From Parasitella parasitica NRRL 2501 (taxonomy: Eukaryota; Fungi; Mucoromycota), in the NCBI GenBank assembly GCA_025201805.1, contig MU619275.1, forward strand, positions 36,700 through 100,699: 64,000 bases of DNA. The letters are read 5' to 3'. Position numbers and translations under genes: made by a program. The notes beneath the pieces were generated by a model. It worked only from the letters and a program-made list of their open reading frames with translations. It was not told the origin of the DNA and ran no database searches. How positions within the stretch are numbered: position 1 is the stretch's first letter; each line of letters starts with the position of its first letter. Shown here one piece after another: positions 8,706 through 23,654 of this stretch.

Positions 8706-11700
8706 ATGTCGACAGAATTACCAGCATTGCCGCCTCGTAAAGTGGCCACAGCTATACAGCTAGAGAATGAAGACAAAAGCTTGGATGATTGTCCGTGCTA
8801 CTCACCCATGGCTTTACTGTTTCGCTTGGAAGCCCTTTCCAGTGATCATAGACACGTATTCAAAAGTGTAACTGTCGAGGATAGCAATAATGAGCAAGAA
8901 AATGGCCCTGTCATCGCAGACCCCATCAAAGACGGTCTAGTAGCGGCCATGGATTTGGATGTCGATTTAGCACCCATTAGAATCGAGAACAATAAAATAT
9001 CTCGATATATTTGCTCAGAATGCCACGTTTGGCTGCAAGTTCAGCATAATCGTGACCATGCCGAGAAATGCTCAGCAACAGATTATTTGTGCCATCACTA
9101 CCACTCGCATAGTTTGGGAGGATATGAATGCTGTGGATGCCATTATGCATTAACTACCGAGATGATTGACCCTGTAGTGTCAATGACTGTGTTGAAGCGC
9201 CTGGAAGCGACCAGATTGAAGGCGAGATCGTTTGCTGACCTGATGCAAAAAAAGGGAGAGCAAGACCCTACTCTTGTTACCACATATACGACAGTGTTGA
9301 TTTATATCACAAATCTACTAGACGGTGTTAAGCGAAACATCAACATACTGAACCCAAACTTTTTGTCTCGTATTGGATTAAGCGACGGCAGGTAACGCAT
9401 TTGATTTGGCTCAAAATCGCCAATTGTATTGACCATATTGGTAACTAGTCAAGCATTACTAGAAGACATTGGATTTCATTCAGAAGACAATTTTTTTGTT
9501 GCACCTGAAATCGAGGCTGGCTCGCCTGCTGCCGAACGCTTACAGCAGATACAACAAGAGATTATTGTATCACTGGATACATTACGACTAGAACTAGGTT
9601 CCGCAGCTGTACCAATAATGCCTGCAGAAGCCAAGCTCAAAGTAAAGACTGCTGATATGCAGCAGTTGTTTGGCATTGAAGAGTCGCTCGAAAGTCGACA
9701 CACCTCCAACTACGGTTACCTCAACAAAGCATATGCCTCGTTCGGCCTTACATCAGGAGCTTCTGACACCTTGGTTTCGTGGACATACAAAAAACTGATC
9801 AGCGACCCGTCAATCCTAATTGACGAGTACGATGCGATGGATAGCTTGGCGACTATTGCCAACCATACAAATTCAGTTGTGCTGCAGACACTGGTTGCAT
9901 GTGAGCGCAGTGAGGGCAAGATCGGTAGAAATGACATTGGAGATGCATACGCTTATTTTGGAGTGACAGCAGATGCTGCAGACGATGGGTTACTGACTGG
10001 ATTGTACAAAGTGAAATTATCAGACGAGCCTCTGGAAAAGAACACGATACAGGAAAAACTCAAGATCATTGCGATTGCAAGAAACAGCACAGAGCTGATT
10101 GAATTCTTGAAAAGAGAAAAGGGCATCTCTTCATCCACACAGGTTCAGTCAGTCAAAGATCTGATGGGAGGTAAGGCCCTTTCTGATATGTATGGTGTGA
10201 TATAGTGGTTTAACTCTTGGTACAGTTCCCGCACACATGATAAATGGCCAGCACTCGATGTAAGTACAATTTCATAACAAACTACCTCTTCCTCTCTTTA
10301 TTTTCTTCTTCTTCATCACATTATGTGGCAGAAAGAGGAGAGACTAGTGTTCTTGAAGTACCAGTACTCACCCAACGTTACATTTCAACCATGGTCTGCT
10401 ACTCCATCACCAAACAGACCTGTTGGACTGAATAACATAGGAAATACATGCTACTTTAACAGCCTTTTGCAGTATTATTATACCTTATTACCTTTTCGCA
10501 ATACAGTGATCGATATCGAAGCTTATGCTGAAGACGAGCATGGCGAACCCAAGAAAATTGGTGGCATCAAAGTCGATCAACCAGAAGTCCGTCGTGCCAG
10601 GAAATGTAAATTGCTTACAAAAAGGAGTTTGCAAATACTAACCTCTATCCTGCAGTTGTTGGACTGTTGAAAGAGCTTTTCCTCAACCTCCAGCAGACGA
10701 ATGAAAAGGCCATCTCGCCTCAAACTGACCTGGCTTACATGGCTTTGCTGAATGAGAAAGACGACCAAGATCATCCCTCACAAAACGATCAACAGGCTCC
10801 CAGCAATGACATTGACGTTCAAATGGAGGCAGTTGCTGAGCCGAATCCAACAGAGTCCAATACAACTGTTACAGAACTAGCAGAAATAAACATGATTGCA
10901 GATGGGCCCAACAATGCCCAAGACAGCCCATCCGACAAAGAAAACGCAGTGCCTGTATGGGGTGATGTTCGTTCTGATTCGCCTCCGCCTGCGTATCAAG
11001 ACATTGCTTCTGCAGAGGAGATAAAGCAGGCGCGGAACGATAAAAAGGCGGAAACAGCAAGCGCTTCTACTGAAAAAGCGCCCAACAAGCCCAAACAAAG
11101 GCCCAGTGTCGACACAATGATGTTTGGCAAGCAGCAAGATGTTACTGAATGCATGGGAAATGTCATGTATTTGGTAGAAGCAGCTCTTAAGCCTATCCAC
11201 AAGACGGAAGACGGGGAACAAGTAGACGACATGATCCGACAAACATTCTACGGCAAAGCTCGCCAAATTTTATCTTACTGTGATAATAAGACTCTTCAAG
11301 TCGTGAAGAAGGAAATGGAGGAAGACTTTTCGCATGTTATCGTAGATGCATCTGAGGGCAAAGATCTTTACGATGGCCTTGACGAGTACTTTTTTGCAGA
11401 TCAAGTTGAGAACTTCCAGGGGGGCCACGAAGCAACCCGAGAAGTGACAGTAAAGACGTTTCCTCCTATCCTCCAAATTCTGGTCCAGCGGGTCCAATTT
11501 GACAGAGCAACGGCAAACGTTTATAAATCAAACGCCTACATTCAACTGGAAAAAACCATATACCTTGACAGATATGCAGATGACAATTTCGAGGAACTGA
11601 GGGAAAGAAGGTCGCAAGTAGCTGAATGGAGAAACGAGCTCGAAAACTATAAGGGGCAGGTTGCCAAATACACAAAATCAGATAGATGTAGAATGCCAAT

Positions 11701-12154
11701 TCCCGACTTGCTGGAGGCCACACGACAGGTGCTATCTGACCTGAGCGTAGAGTACTCACCAGAAGAGCAAGAAAAGTTTAGGCTAGCTATGGACCTAATA
11801 CAACGGGAAGCAGAAGAGAAGAAGCAACTGATCCAAGAGGGCAATGCCAAAACCCGAGCGCTCAAAGAAAAGATCCAGCATCAGTACGACGATTACACGC
11901 AGTTGGCCTATAAGCTGCACGCTGTCTTTATCCATCAAGGGCAGGCAAACTACGGCCATTACTGGATCTACATTTACGACCACAAAGGCAGCCAATGGTG
12001 GAAATACAACGACTCTCTAGTTACCAAAGTGCATGAAGATGAAATATTCCACGACACAACTGGATCCACTGCCAACCCGTATTTCTTGGTTTATGTGGAT
12101 GCCACCAAGATGGACGCTTGCGTGGAAACAATTAAGCCTGTTACTGTCAACTGA
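8706..12154 (+). CDS. UBP2: Ubiquitin carboxyl-terminal hydrolase (USP/C19), Ubp2-like, multi-exon
   Basis: Cys box GLNNIGNTCYFNSLLQ, QQDVTE, His box LHAVFIHQGQANYGHYWIYI...WWKYND; Ubp2-like internal repeats. Confidence 0.9.
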
Positions 12155-12255
12155 GCCTTAAATAAAGTTGCTGCCTATTGCAGTATAAAATGCATTTTTA
12201 CAACCTTTGCTTTTACCTCTTTTTTCTTTTCTTCTTTCAAGTTAAAAATATACAA

Positions 12256-13210
12256 ATGAATCAAGGTCCTCCTCCTCCTCAACTCCCTCCTGGATGGTAG
12301 ATATATATATGTCAATGTTTTTTTTTTAACGCACCAGATTTCTCACAATTGATTAGGATTGCTCTCTGGGATGAAACTACACAACGCTATTATTATGTCG
12401 ATCAAGCAACCGGCACAACACAATGGGAAATCCCCAGCGGTGCATCAAAAGCAACCGAAGCAGGTATGCCAAGTGTAGGGGAAGCTTCCAGCTATGGTGG
12501 TGGTGGTGGTGCTGGTGCTGGCGGATATCCTCAACAACAGCCATCGCCCTACTCTTCATCATCACAATCTTTTCCACAGGCTGGGGCATCCCCCAATACG
12601 GCAGTTGCGACCGCTTATCCAACACAAGAAGACGAGCTGAATCGTGATGGAACTGATAGAGGCATTGGCAAAGTATTCTCAGGTATGTGATTTCTTGGCA
12701 AAAAAAAAAAAAAAATAGGATTAAATAGGAGAAACCAAGTGTCAACTGACATAAATTACTACTATACATACTATAGGCTTTTCGGGCGGTGCTATCACCG
12801 GTGGCCTGCTTGGGTAGGTTGCATGCGCAGATCAATCAAATCAAGGACCAACAATCTAAATATTTTGTGTTAGTTATGCTGCAGGCAAATATTTCAACAA
12901 ACCCAAGGTAAATCATTGCTGTTTCTCTTTTTTTTTTTTTTTTTTTCATGTTTCTAAGCAAGAGGTTTCATTGATATAGCCAAATCAATATTACCCTCCT
13001 CCTCCTCCTTCGTCTGGTGGATTTGGATTTGGTAATTTCGGTGGCGGGCATCATGGGGGTCGTCATGATTATTACGGCGGCCACAATAACCACGGTAAAC
13101 ATCATGGCGGACGTGGACCAGGTGGACCTGATGGTTTTGGTGGGCCTGGAGGGCCTGGAGGGCCTGGAGGTTTCAACCCTCCTATCCGCGGCGGAAAGCA
13201 CGGATGGTAA
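12256..13210 (+). CDS. WW-domain, Gly/Pro/His-rich protein (Wwm1-like), multi-exon
   Basis: PQLPPGW|IALWDETTQRYYYVDQATGTTQWEIP WW domain; later exons GGAITGGLLG and GPGG repeats ending KHGW-stop. Confidence 0.8.
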
Positions 13211-13529
13211 TCTACAAAACATGCCTTGTCAATCAATCAGTTATAATCTCTACATTCTGTGCTATACAATAAAGGGGACTCGAAATGTAAATAGACATTT
13301 TGCCATCCGACGACAAGTGAGCACCACCACCGTTTTGTTGGGTTATCCATGTTTCTCAGGTTTTTGTTTTGCAACAGTAAAAAAAAGGCTCGAGTGAACC
13401 CTGCTTATAACCACGAGTGTCCAATTTGTCTTTGTTTTTGAGCTTTGTATTTACTAAACTTTATTCTTTAAATTTGAGAAACAAATATGTACGATATATA
13501 TGCATGAACATGTGTTATTGGAGTGATTA

Positions 13530-16361
13530 TTATATTCGTTTGAATGGCTTGAATGAGCCAACTACATTGCCGTCTAATTTACCAAGATTCAGCAAAAAGT
13601 CTCCCATCAGTTCTTCCGACTCTTCCCCTCCATCTTCAATGCTATGGAGCGACCTTGTATCCAAATATAAGGATGCAGGCCGTTGGATGCTGTCAAACGA
13701 AATTCGATCTCGAACTGTAATAACTTTAGGGGGCTGCTGAGACCTTTTCTTTCGGAATGTCGACGCACTTAATGATCTGCCTAATTTAGGTATATCTGCC
13801 ACTGAAGAAACAGAAGGTACGGAGGGTAAGTGGTGATGGTATTGAGGATGCTGTTGCTGTTGCTGTTGCTGTTGCTCTGGCTCTTGTTGCTGCTGGTATT
13901 GTTGGGGTCTAAGTGGTGATGATGCAGGCTGTAGAGGTGGAGACGATGGTTGCAAACGATGGTGATAGTGTGAGGGAGGTAGAGCATCTAATCGTAAAGG
14001 CGTAGAGTTGGAGAGAGATGGAAACGTGGTGGATACCATTGGCCTTGAGGAGCTTAAATTCCTAGAGGGCTTGTATCCGTTTGTGTGGTAGTAATTCCTG
14101 CCGTTGCCTGTCATGCGGGGTGAGCTATTGTTTGGCAGCAGCCAGTCATTTGGTATATCTAGGCTTTTTCGGTTTTCAGCATGGCGAGGGTTAGGTAGCA
14201 CAATATGAGGCCGAAGAAGAGCTACATTGCGACAGCTACTACTGCTTGATGTTGTGCTGCAGCGATCATCATCGTCGTCATCGCCTTCATCAACACTGAT
14301 TCGCAGTTCTGTCGCCATGTCTTTGTCCAAGGATGAGTGATGGTGGTGGTGGTGGTTGTGCTGCTGTTTGATATTTATTTCGCCTAAATCTGCACTTTGC
14401 GATTTTCTGTGGTGTAAGGAATATCGGGTGGAATTTATATGTTGATGCTGAGGGGGAGCGCTGTTTGGTTTACTCAATGAGCTGAATGAAGTTGATCTTG
14501 AGCGAAGGCTTTGAGGCGAGGCGATCGAAGAATGCGATGAGGTGGCCGAGCAAATGTCATTCAATGAAAGAGGGTCGTCTTTCAAAAACTCGCAAGCACT
14601 CTTTGTTGTAGTGACAACGAAACTATAGACTGAGCCTTCAGCCATCCTTGCTAATCTGTAGTATTGCATATAATAAACTAAACTGGCCAATCTAGGTACA
14701 TTGCTCTGAACAATTACAAATGCAAGCAGTGGAATCATTTCATCAGAGGTAACGGATGTGTCTGCATCAAACTGTTGGTACTCAACTATAGGTTAAAATC
14801 CATGTTGACTTACCACTATTGCCGTTGCCGAAATCCTGTACATAATCATGCACCGCTGAAGAGATCAAATCCAATGTGGATTTAACTACAGCCAATTTTT
14901 CAAGTGGCGTAAATGCAAGATGTTTTGATGTTGATTTATGTGGTTCAACATTGCAACTATCAGTATCTAACCTTCTGAAAGTGGAGATCGCCTCATCGAA
15001 GCAAGACAAGCGCATTTCAGAAATTGGATAACGCAGTGAATATTGTGACAAGGTGACATTTGAGTAGCTGTAACAGATCGTATCTATATAGTTATCCTGC
15101 GACGCCAACAGCGACTGCAAAGACTGTATCCATATTTTCTTGTGTAAAAAGCTCATCACAACGCTGTAAGTAGACGTATGTTAACTGGATCTTGTTTCGT
15201 ATGTGACCCCCCCCCCCACCCCACCCCACCCCAAAAAAAATAAAGACTTACTTTTCAACTAGTTCTAAAAATTGGTCATGCTCTGAAGGTGTACGACATG
15301 ACTCTTGCAGTAATTTATTTCGCTGTAATATTGTCTACAAGCAATAAACAATAAGCATAGTTGCTAGAAATACACACAAAACTTACTCTATAGGCCTTCA
15401 TATACATGTGCTGTATTCTTTCTACCGTATTTTTGTTGTAGCCTTTAATGTAGACATAGGAATCTGTGAATTCCTGCACTGCAATCTGTAATTCGTAGAG
15501 TGCTTCCAGGTTTTCGGAAAACATGTTTAAAAATTCTAAATCCCTAATCAAATCAAGGAGTGACACACATTTAAGGATACTGATTAGAGTTTCATAGGAT
15601 GTATGACTTACGTTCTAGAGTTACGAACAGGTGGAATAGTAATAGCATGCTTATGATGATGATATGCCTAGATGTTGTGTTGGTCAGCATCGATTTGGCG
15701 AAGAAAGAAAAAAAAAAAAAAAAAAAAAAAAGGAAAGCAGACTTACGGGCGGATCTCCTTCTAGTAATCGGTCTATTGATAGTACCTTGATCTTTTTGTT
15801 TTTCAGATAGACTGATTCCTCGTCCATGATATGTACAGTGCGTTCCTCTTTAAAACCTAAGAAACGCATTAGTTGCCAAATCCAACAAGAGCCGCTGATT
15901 CAGTTCACCTATGATCGTCGTTATAATTGGGTGATCCAATGCTATGATTTTTTGCTTTTGTTTGGTTGCCATGTATTGTCCGCAAAAGTAAGGGGACGGC
16001 TGGAAACAATGCGTTTCTTGAAGGGATCAAGGAGAAGGAAGGGAGTTAGTCTCCAAAGACGGTTTCATGCAAAAACAAACGAATTTTTACCAATGATATC
16101 TTTTGTTATAACGAGGCCTTCGATAGACTTTGAATGTGGTATGCAAACAATTGCAGACTCGCAAAACAATGAATGAAAATGAGTCTTCATGTGCTTGTAG
16201 AAAAAATTCTCGTCAATGTCCTCAGGTTCCAATGGGTCCATGGTGTTGATTGTTTCGTTTTTTTGTATCAAGGACGAAAGTGTTGGATAGGCGGAAGATG
16301 ACTCATTTGTAGCCGGCTGTTTTTTCTTGACTCCTGTTTTTTGGAAGAAGGGAAGACTCAT
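13530..16361 (-). CDS. VPS9-domain (Rab5 GEF) protein with disordered C-terminus, multi-exon
   Basis: TPLEKLAVVKSTLDLI...SDEMIPLLAFVIVQSNVPRLASLVYYMQYY...YSFVVTT matches the VPS9 core. Confidence 0.85.
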
Positions 16362-17203
16362 CGTTTGTGAGTGATTTTGTTGATTTAGAGAAATAAAGGG
16401 AGGGGCTATCTTTTTTCAGTTGCTGATAATAAGGGTATAATATAGCAAAGAAGCAAAAGAAAGAGATAAGTAGAAAAGGAAGAAAAGGAAAGAAAGAAAA
16501 AAAAAAAAGATGTTTATATAGTAGAAATCAGATTTCACACACATATACTCACTCATTCACGCAGGCAGCAGAGCATTTTATCACCCAAACAGCCTCGCCT
16601 AGTATTGCAGGCCTAAAAAAGTCACATATACAGCAAGTTGCTATGCATGCTAATACTAATAACTCATTCAAATTGGCAAACAATGAATTGCTAGGCGAAT
16701 TAAATCAACATTTTGATACAACAACGATGCTTTGGAATTACTCTTTAGAGAATAGTGGATCAATTCTAAACTACAAACATGGTTCAGCATGTGCTCATCA
16801 CAATGGCATTTTTCACCAATATCCACTGCACATTCTGGTTTTTTTTATTCGACATGTTGCTATAAAAACAGTGTTCTGTAATAATTTTTGAGAGAAAAAA
16901 ACATCTGCATATTTATCAGATGTCAGGAAACGTACTCCACAACAAAATGTACTCAAAATTGCTAAAAATAAACCTTCAAAATCCTTGAACGCACGTCTAC
17001 ACGCAATTCTTTGTTTCCTCTGTTCAGCAAGCTCAAAATTGAGTTTGCCAATCAGCTGGAAGTGAGGCGCTTAGCAAAAGGGTGATTTCTTTACTTGTCT
17101 CTTTTTTCTTTTTTCTTCGCCAACTTTTCTGTGATATGAGCAGTTGTATTTCTTCTCCTCTTTAGATTCCTTTTTTTTTTTTTTTTTAATATATATATTT
17201 TTT

Positions 17204-19305
17204 ATGCTGACACGACATTTGACAAACAAATTACTTGACATTCGCCTTCAAGAAGAAAAGTTCTATTTTCCTGGCGAAACGATCAAAGGTGAGATAAAGG
17301 CTTTTCCCGAGACGAGGCAAGCTTAGGATTAAATCTGCTACAAATAGGTCTTGTCATTGTTCATCCCAAAAACGCCATCAAAGTCAATTCGATACAGCTA
17401 AAGTTTGCTGGCCATGTTTTCATACACCTAAAGGAAAAAGAAACCAATACACTTTTCGAAAACAACCTCACTCTCTCCGTATACCCTAACAGCACAAGCC
17501 CTAAACAAACAACGCTCGATGCTTCTGAACACCGTTTCCCTTTTGAATTTATTGTGCCTAAAAACCTGAATTTGCCTAGTTCGATGGAGGTGAGGTTTTT
17601 GTGTATAGCCGGTTATGCCATAGATGGTAACATGCGACTGAACATTTAATACGTAGTTTGGTAAAAAAGCCCATATTCGGTACACAATCAATGCATTGTT
17701 AGACAGACCCATGATTCCAGAATCACTATGTCCAAAAGTCGAATATGCCGTATCCCTGTTGGAATACATTGATATAGAAAAGGACCAGTTTAAAATACCT
17801 CAAGAAAAGAGTCAAGACATGATGCTACCCAAAGCAAAGTACAACCAAAAATGCATGGTGAGAGCATCCATGCCACGTCTGGGGTTCACAAGAGGTAACC
17901 AAAAGGCGCCCTCTCCTCCCTGGCAGACAGACTCTGACTAACCTATCTTTGATAATCGATAGGCGACATCGTTCCTCTTAAAGTTAACATTGATCACTTT
18001 ACATCATATGCACGTAAAAATGGTGTCACAGTAGACCTTGTACGCACCGTGGAAATCAGAACAAGTAAACACACTATATTCAAGGAAGCAGTTCTACGGT
18101 CCACGCAGTACGACATGGACATTAAACCACAATCATATCACCAATCCATACTCTGTCAGTTATTGATTCCAACTTCAACACCTCCTTCCATAAGATACAA
18201 GGACAAGGTGCTGCGTTTTCATTATAAGGTTCGTATTGCGGTATCGTTTGGCGATAAAAGTACTTGTACTTTGGATATGCCCATAGTTATAGGCACTTGG
18301 CCTCGTGCCGCTGTGCCTATCGACGATGATGACGACTCCTTTGCTCACGAAACGGAGGACGCTGGACAAGCAAACAATGGGGCAGATGGCGACGATGACG
18401 ATGACGACGACGATATCGAGTCCTTGAAAACTTGTTCTGTAGACGATCAGTCTTCGGTGAGAAATTCCTCAAACATCTTACCTTCGTGGTACACAAACAA
18501 TAGCTCAACAACCACCTTGACTACGGTACAAAGGAGCTCTGTCGTGTCGAATAAGGAGGATCAAGTAGGCCGCTCGGATTCGATTGCCTCGAAAGTCTCG
18601 AACAACTCGGTTTCATCGTGTACATCCAGTAAATCTTGGGAATATCAGCAATACCAGCAACAATTGCAACAGCAATCACAGCAGCCATACTACCATCACC
18701 ATCACTATAGTCACTCTTCCAACAATCTATCTAGAAATGTATCGCAGTCGACTACATTGTCCTCTCCAGATAGACTGCCCTCGTATTACAATAACGGCAC
18801 TTCGATGAGTCACAATCGACCTTCGTCGGTTTATTCGACAGATTATCCTTATAGCAATAACAACATCAGCCGAAATAGTAGTCATGGCAGCAATGGCTAT
18901 CAATTCTATAGCAGCTCGAGACAATCTATGGTTTCCTTACCTCCATTGGCTGGTCCGATGGCCCAGCAACCATACAACAACAATAGACTCTCTAGATATA
19001 GCAGATACGAAGATGATCCCTCCATCATACTAGAACACGACGACGTACCTACTCATATATTAGAGCCGTTGCCTTCCAGCGTGCCTTCCCCCATTGAAGA
19101 ATCACAGCAGCAAGAGCAAGAGCAGCAGCCCGTTGCGACAGCCCCAGCATATCTACCGGAATCATCAGATTCATCATCCTTTGAGGACTCTGACGAGGAT
19201 GAAGATGATCTCTTGGCAATCATTGAACGGAAAAAGAAAAAGGAACTGAAAGAATTGAGAAGAAAGCAAAAGACTAAAGCAGCGGCAAACTTATCAACAT
19301 CTTGA
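17204..19305 (+). CDS. Alpha-arrestin domain protein, multi-exon
   Basis: FYFPGETIKG, EHRFPFEFIVPKNLNLPSSME, HIRYTINA, LLIPTSTPPSI, MPIVIGT; Ser-rich tail. Confidence 0.85.
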
Positions 19306-19534
19306 AGCATTCATTTTGTAACATCAGCCATACATAAGCATCATCATTACTACAACATATATATATAATATATACTATATAATACATTAATTCTTTAATC
19401 ATACCTCTTTAGTTACTACTGGTCTTTCTTTCTTTTTTTTCTTTCTTTTGTGAAACCAAATGTAATAATAAAATTTACATGTTTATACATGTGTGTATGT
19501 GTATGAGTGTATAGCAGTAGCAGTAAAAAGACAT

Positions 19535-21540
19535 CTACAATTTGGCTTCTTTTGTGTTATTGATTTCTTCGCACACACGTTGCAAATCTTTTAGCACTTG
19601 ATCAATGACCTGCATAAATTCCTCTGTGTTGACAGTTTCAGGCACACGTTTCGATTCGATACCAAACTTCACCAAGGTGGGAGCAGCCATGTAATTAATG
19701 CCATAGCCATCATGGTACACAGTGCCAAAGCCAGTTCCCATTAAACGAATGCCTGCATGAAGACCAGATGTACTAAGACGCCACGTTTGTGATTCAGAAT
19801 GGATAGGATCTGTAAAGACAGGGTGCATAGCAACCGGTTCAAGTTCTCCCTGTGCATTTAGCGTTTGGTGGTCTGCATTCAGAAGGCGCAGCACTAACAG
19901 ATGGCGATCGCAGCCATGCCCTTCGCTTGCAATTTGGGTATATATACGGTGGGCTGATGTTGCCTTCACCAACAAGTCATACTTTTGCTTTACTGTAAGC
20001 TTGTCATTTTCGAAACCTTCCACAAATGCTTTGCTGTCGACACTCAGTGTGCGAATAGTCTCTGTACGACCGTGAAGATATTTGCGGGTGGCTGCTGTTT
20101 CGTACGTTGCTGTCACCTTGTTGTGCACACGATAATATGCCAATTGAAGAGCCATCTGATAAAAAGCATCAGGAGGAACACGGCCGAAGTTCTTTACCCA
20201 GCTAGTGCCGTAGTCCTTGAATACCAATACATTAGAATCTGATAAAGCAGCAGTGGCATCAGCACATTTTTGAGCCTCAATCAAGTAGGTGTTCAATGTA
20301 GCATCGGTTGTGAACGTGAGATGTTCAAATGAGGCTGTAGTAGATGGCTTGCCTCTGACTTTCTTAGGGTAAACGAATTCATGGGTATGACTTCCGGGGG
20401 TGGGCTCTTGCAGCATGTAATCAAAAATATAGCTCACAGTTAAAGCATCTACCGGTGAGTGTTCTCCAGAAAATCCGCACATGCCATTGTTTTCAACGAC
20501 CAGCGTAAAAGACTTGTCAAACCAACGATTATGGCCGTTACCCAAGCCTTGGTGCCCACAAAACATGGTCTTGGTCCATGAAGCGTTATCTGTGCCCTGA
20601 GAATGATCGTCCAGAGCAACCGCGAATAATGCCTGCTCAATAGTATTGAGGTTTTGTCGATGACCTTTAGGATCAATAGCTAGGAGGTGATTACGAGCCA
20701 CAGTCCATTTGTCACGCTGCCATGATGACAATAACGAGACTGGAGGGCAAAGTTGAGACAAGTTTTCGACATGAGTCACCAGTTCCAGGAGTGCACTAAA
20801 CGCGTATTTGCATATCAACTAAAAGCCCTTTGTATATAAAGCTTATTTACTTACTCTTCGATTTCCTCGGTCGTAAGCAGCACCCAAATGTCATTTTTGA
20901 GCTCCTTGTAGACATCCAACTTGTAAATCTGATCACGCAAAAGAACAATGATGTGGCGCACAAACTTTTGATCTGCTTGGACTAAAGTATCGCAGTGGTA
21001 TGTGGGCACACGGGTGACTGAAAAGATGCGACTGTATTGCCACATGCATTGGGCGTTCGCCCCTTTGATCATGTCCACAGGTAATTCTTGTCTATCGATC
21101 ATTTCCTTGTAGTCCAGGCCACGGCGGACCATATGTGCAGCTCTACGGATTTGAAATTTAGAGAATAACTGACGAGGTTGGACACCGTTATTGGCCAAGA
21201 GCTGTTTTGGATGACCGGCATCGACCTGGCCAAGAATGTACCAGTTGCTGTTGATCATCAGAGGCTCACGCCATTCCAAATAAGCTTTTTTCAACCAAAA
21301 TTTATCTTCTAGCCAATTAGTAGGTGAGACACGATCAATATCAATCAGTCTCTGCTGCAACGACCTGGATAAATCACTCGCCAAGAAATCGGATACTATA
21401 GACTTGGTCTTTTCATGCTCCTGTGGTGTTTGGAGTGGTACAACGGACTTCAAATAGAGGGAGAATGTTTCCTCCAGTGAAGGCACTGGCAGTCTTGGAA
21501 GTGTATACTGTAGACTAAACGTGGGCGGGGATGAAGGCAT
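19535..21540 (-). CDS. Choline/carnitine O-acyltransferase, peroxisomal (2 exons)
   Basis: LPRLPVPSLEET, NRWFDKS, catalytic GEHSPVDA, YETAATRKYLHGRTE, GHGCDRHL, LSTS; C-terminal AKL (PTS1). Confidence 0.93.
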
Positions 21541-22174
21541 ATATTTTTTGATATTAGTAAAGGGAAAAAACAAAAAGAAGGAGGGAAAAGAGGAAGAGGG
21601 GCTCAGGAATAATATATATAAACAATGATGTTAACACGAAGAGAAAATTATCAATTGTGTATTAGCAAGCTTTTTTAATTACTGCCATGTGATTTTCAGG
21701 CACGTCAATTTTACATGAATTTCTCAAGCATTTCATTCACGATTCTGGAATGCCCTTTAGAATTCGGCTTTTCACTCCCTGGGAAGATTGTACTTTTTTT
21801 CCCCCAAGTTGCATGATAAATATTCCAAGCAATAGTTTATTGGCAACATTTTACTGTAAGACGTTGGCTTCTTTATTTAATCCAAAAATATAACAAGGCT
21901 GTATGATGTCTTATCAATATCAAAACGTTAACAAAGAGTTTCCGTAGGACTAGATATACACACATACTTTAACATTAATAAGCGCAGCGAATACATATCT
22001 CAAACATAGACATGCACATACAGCTAGAAACACATGTACTCAAATAATGTTTTTATTTTACAATAATACCGTATTCTTCCATAACACGCAACATGCGGCA
22101 TAATTCAAAGCTGTATCCCCGGAGATTTAATTATCGGTATCTAAATATTAATACCGTAATGCGTCTTACAAGAG

Positions 22175-22970
22175 TTACTTTTCAATTTATGAGCAAGGCA
22201 TGACCCTGATAGATGACTTAAACGCATACAAATATGAATCAGTAGCTCAGATGTAGTAGAATGTGGTTTCAAAAACTATTTTTATGTAGCTTCATTTTTT
22301 TGTTCAAATAAATGCCACCTAATCATGACCACCACTTTTTGCCCCGCTTAAAAGCACAATCTACAATCTCTAATATCTTTGCTGACTACTAAGCGATGGA
22401 GATACAACCTTCAGCTAACATCTTTTTCTTTTGTATTATTCTACAACATATTCAATTTTCGTGCTCCTCTGACTATCTTTCAGGTTTTGCTCTGTTTGTG
22501 CCTCAAACCTCATATTAGATTTTCAGTTTTCAACTTTGGGTCAACCTCCAGGGTCATTTTGAGGTACAAATTTCAGGTCCAAACCAGGTATACATCCTAG
22601 TACTAGTACAATAACTGTATCTCATTACGTCTTTGGATTCTCTATATCTATCTTTGCTGTCGAGATATTGCCAAAACCAGATTTTGAAGATTTTTGCAGA
22701 TTTTACAGCATATGTTCCTATAACAAGTACCAAATTATGCAATTAAACCGAGCTTAATTTTTTAAGTAAAGTAATAAGGCACGTTTTGGTACAGCTACTG
22801 ATATCAAATATGTCGTAGTCAAGCTCGAATTGGGCGAGCTTCTGCCAATTTTGTCTTTTTACGTTAACTTTGGTCAGCCTGTTTCTCAACAAACCACTAA
22901 AACAGTTTGGCTTGTGTTATTATTAAAATCTTTTTGAAATTTGATTCTCTACTAGATTTGCAAGTTTCTA
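22175..22970 (+). repeat. Diverged direct repeat, copy 1 (non-coding; probable DNA transposon interior)
   Basis: Collinear with 23655-24330 via blocks CAGGTTTTGCT, CAAACCTCATATT, GAGATATTGCCAAAAC, AAGCTCGAATT, GCCAATTTTGTCTTTTTAC, TTTCTCAACAAACCA; has an extra ~95 bp at ~22370-22465. Confidence 0.85.
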
Positions 22971-23654
22971 GATAGATGTGTCGAAAAAAATATTTTTTCA
23001 TTTATTTTTAGCAGAGGCTTAATTTATTTTCATAACTTTCAGAGCAATAAATGGTTTATGAAGATACATGATATAGCAATACAAAAATAGAGCTACAACA
23101 TAGCTACCGAAAGATTTTTGGTTGGTCAAAAAATACCAATTTCTGAGCGAGAAAATCTCGAAAAACGGAATTGGTTTCTACCCTTTTGAATAGCTTCATT
23201 TTGGCCCTCTAGACACAGGGCCGGAAAATCGTAGATTCATTTGGTCGAGACAAGATTTTGATTTTTGGCAGAAAAAATAAAGCCACAGTAGAAAACAAGA
23301 TATCGGTTTGTAGGTATTGATATGGTGATTCTTTTGGTCAAGTTTATAGACCTGAAAATGCTCAAAATATGTTTGCTTTTACTCAAAAACTATCAAAAAT
23401 GGCGTTTTTTGAATATTTGAAAATTGGCTATAAGAAAAAGTATTTGTATAGTCTTGTAATTCATATTTTTAGATGCAAAATTTATTCTTTGTTAGAAAAC
23501 ACTTAGTACGCATATCCGATATACCTATCACGTTTATGAGATATCTAGCGATGAGCTATGCGAAAAAACCTCGAAACTGGTTTGGGTCAAATGGAAACAT
23601 AGTGCTGAGATTCAATCTACAGCCTTTCTTTTTCGCTGTAAATGAGGGCACCAC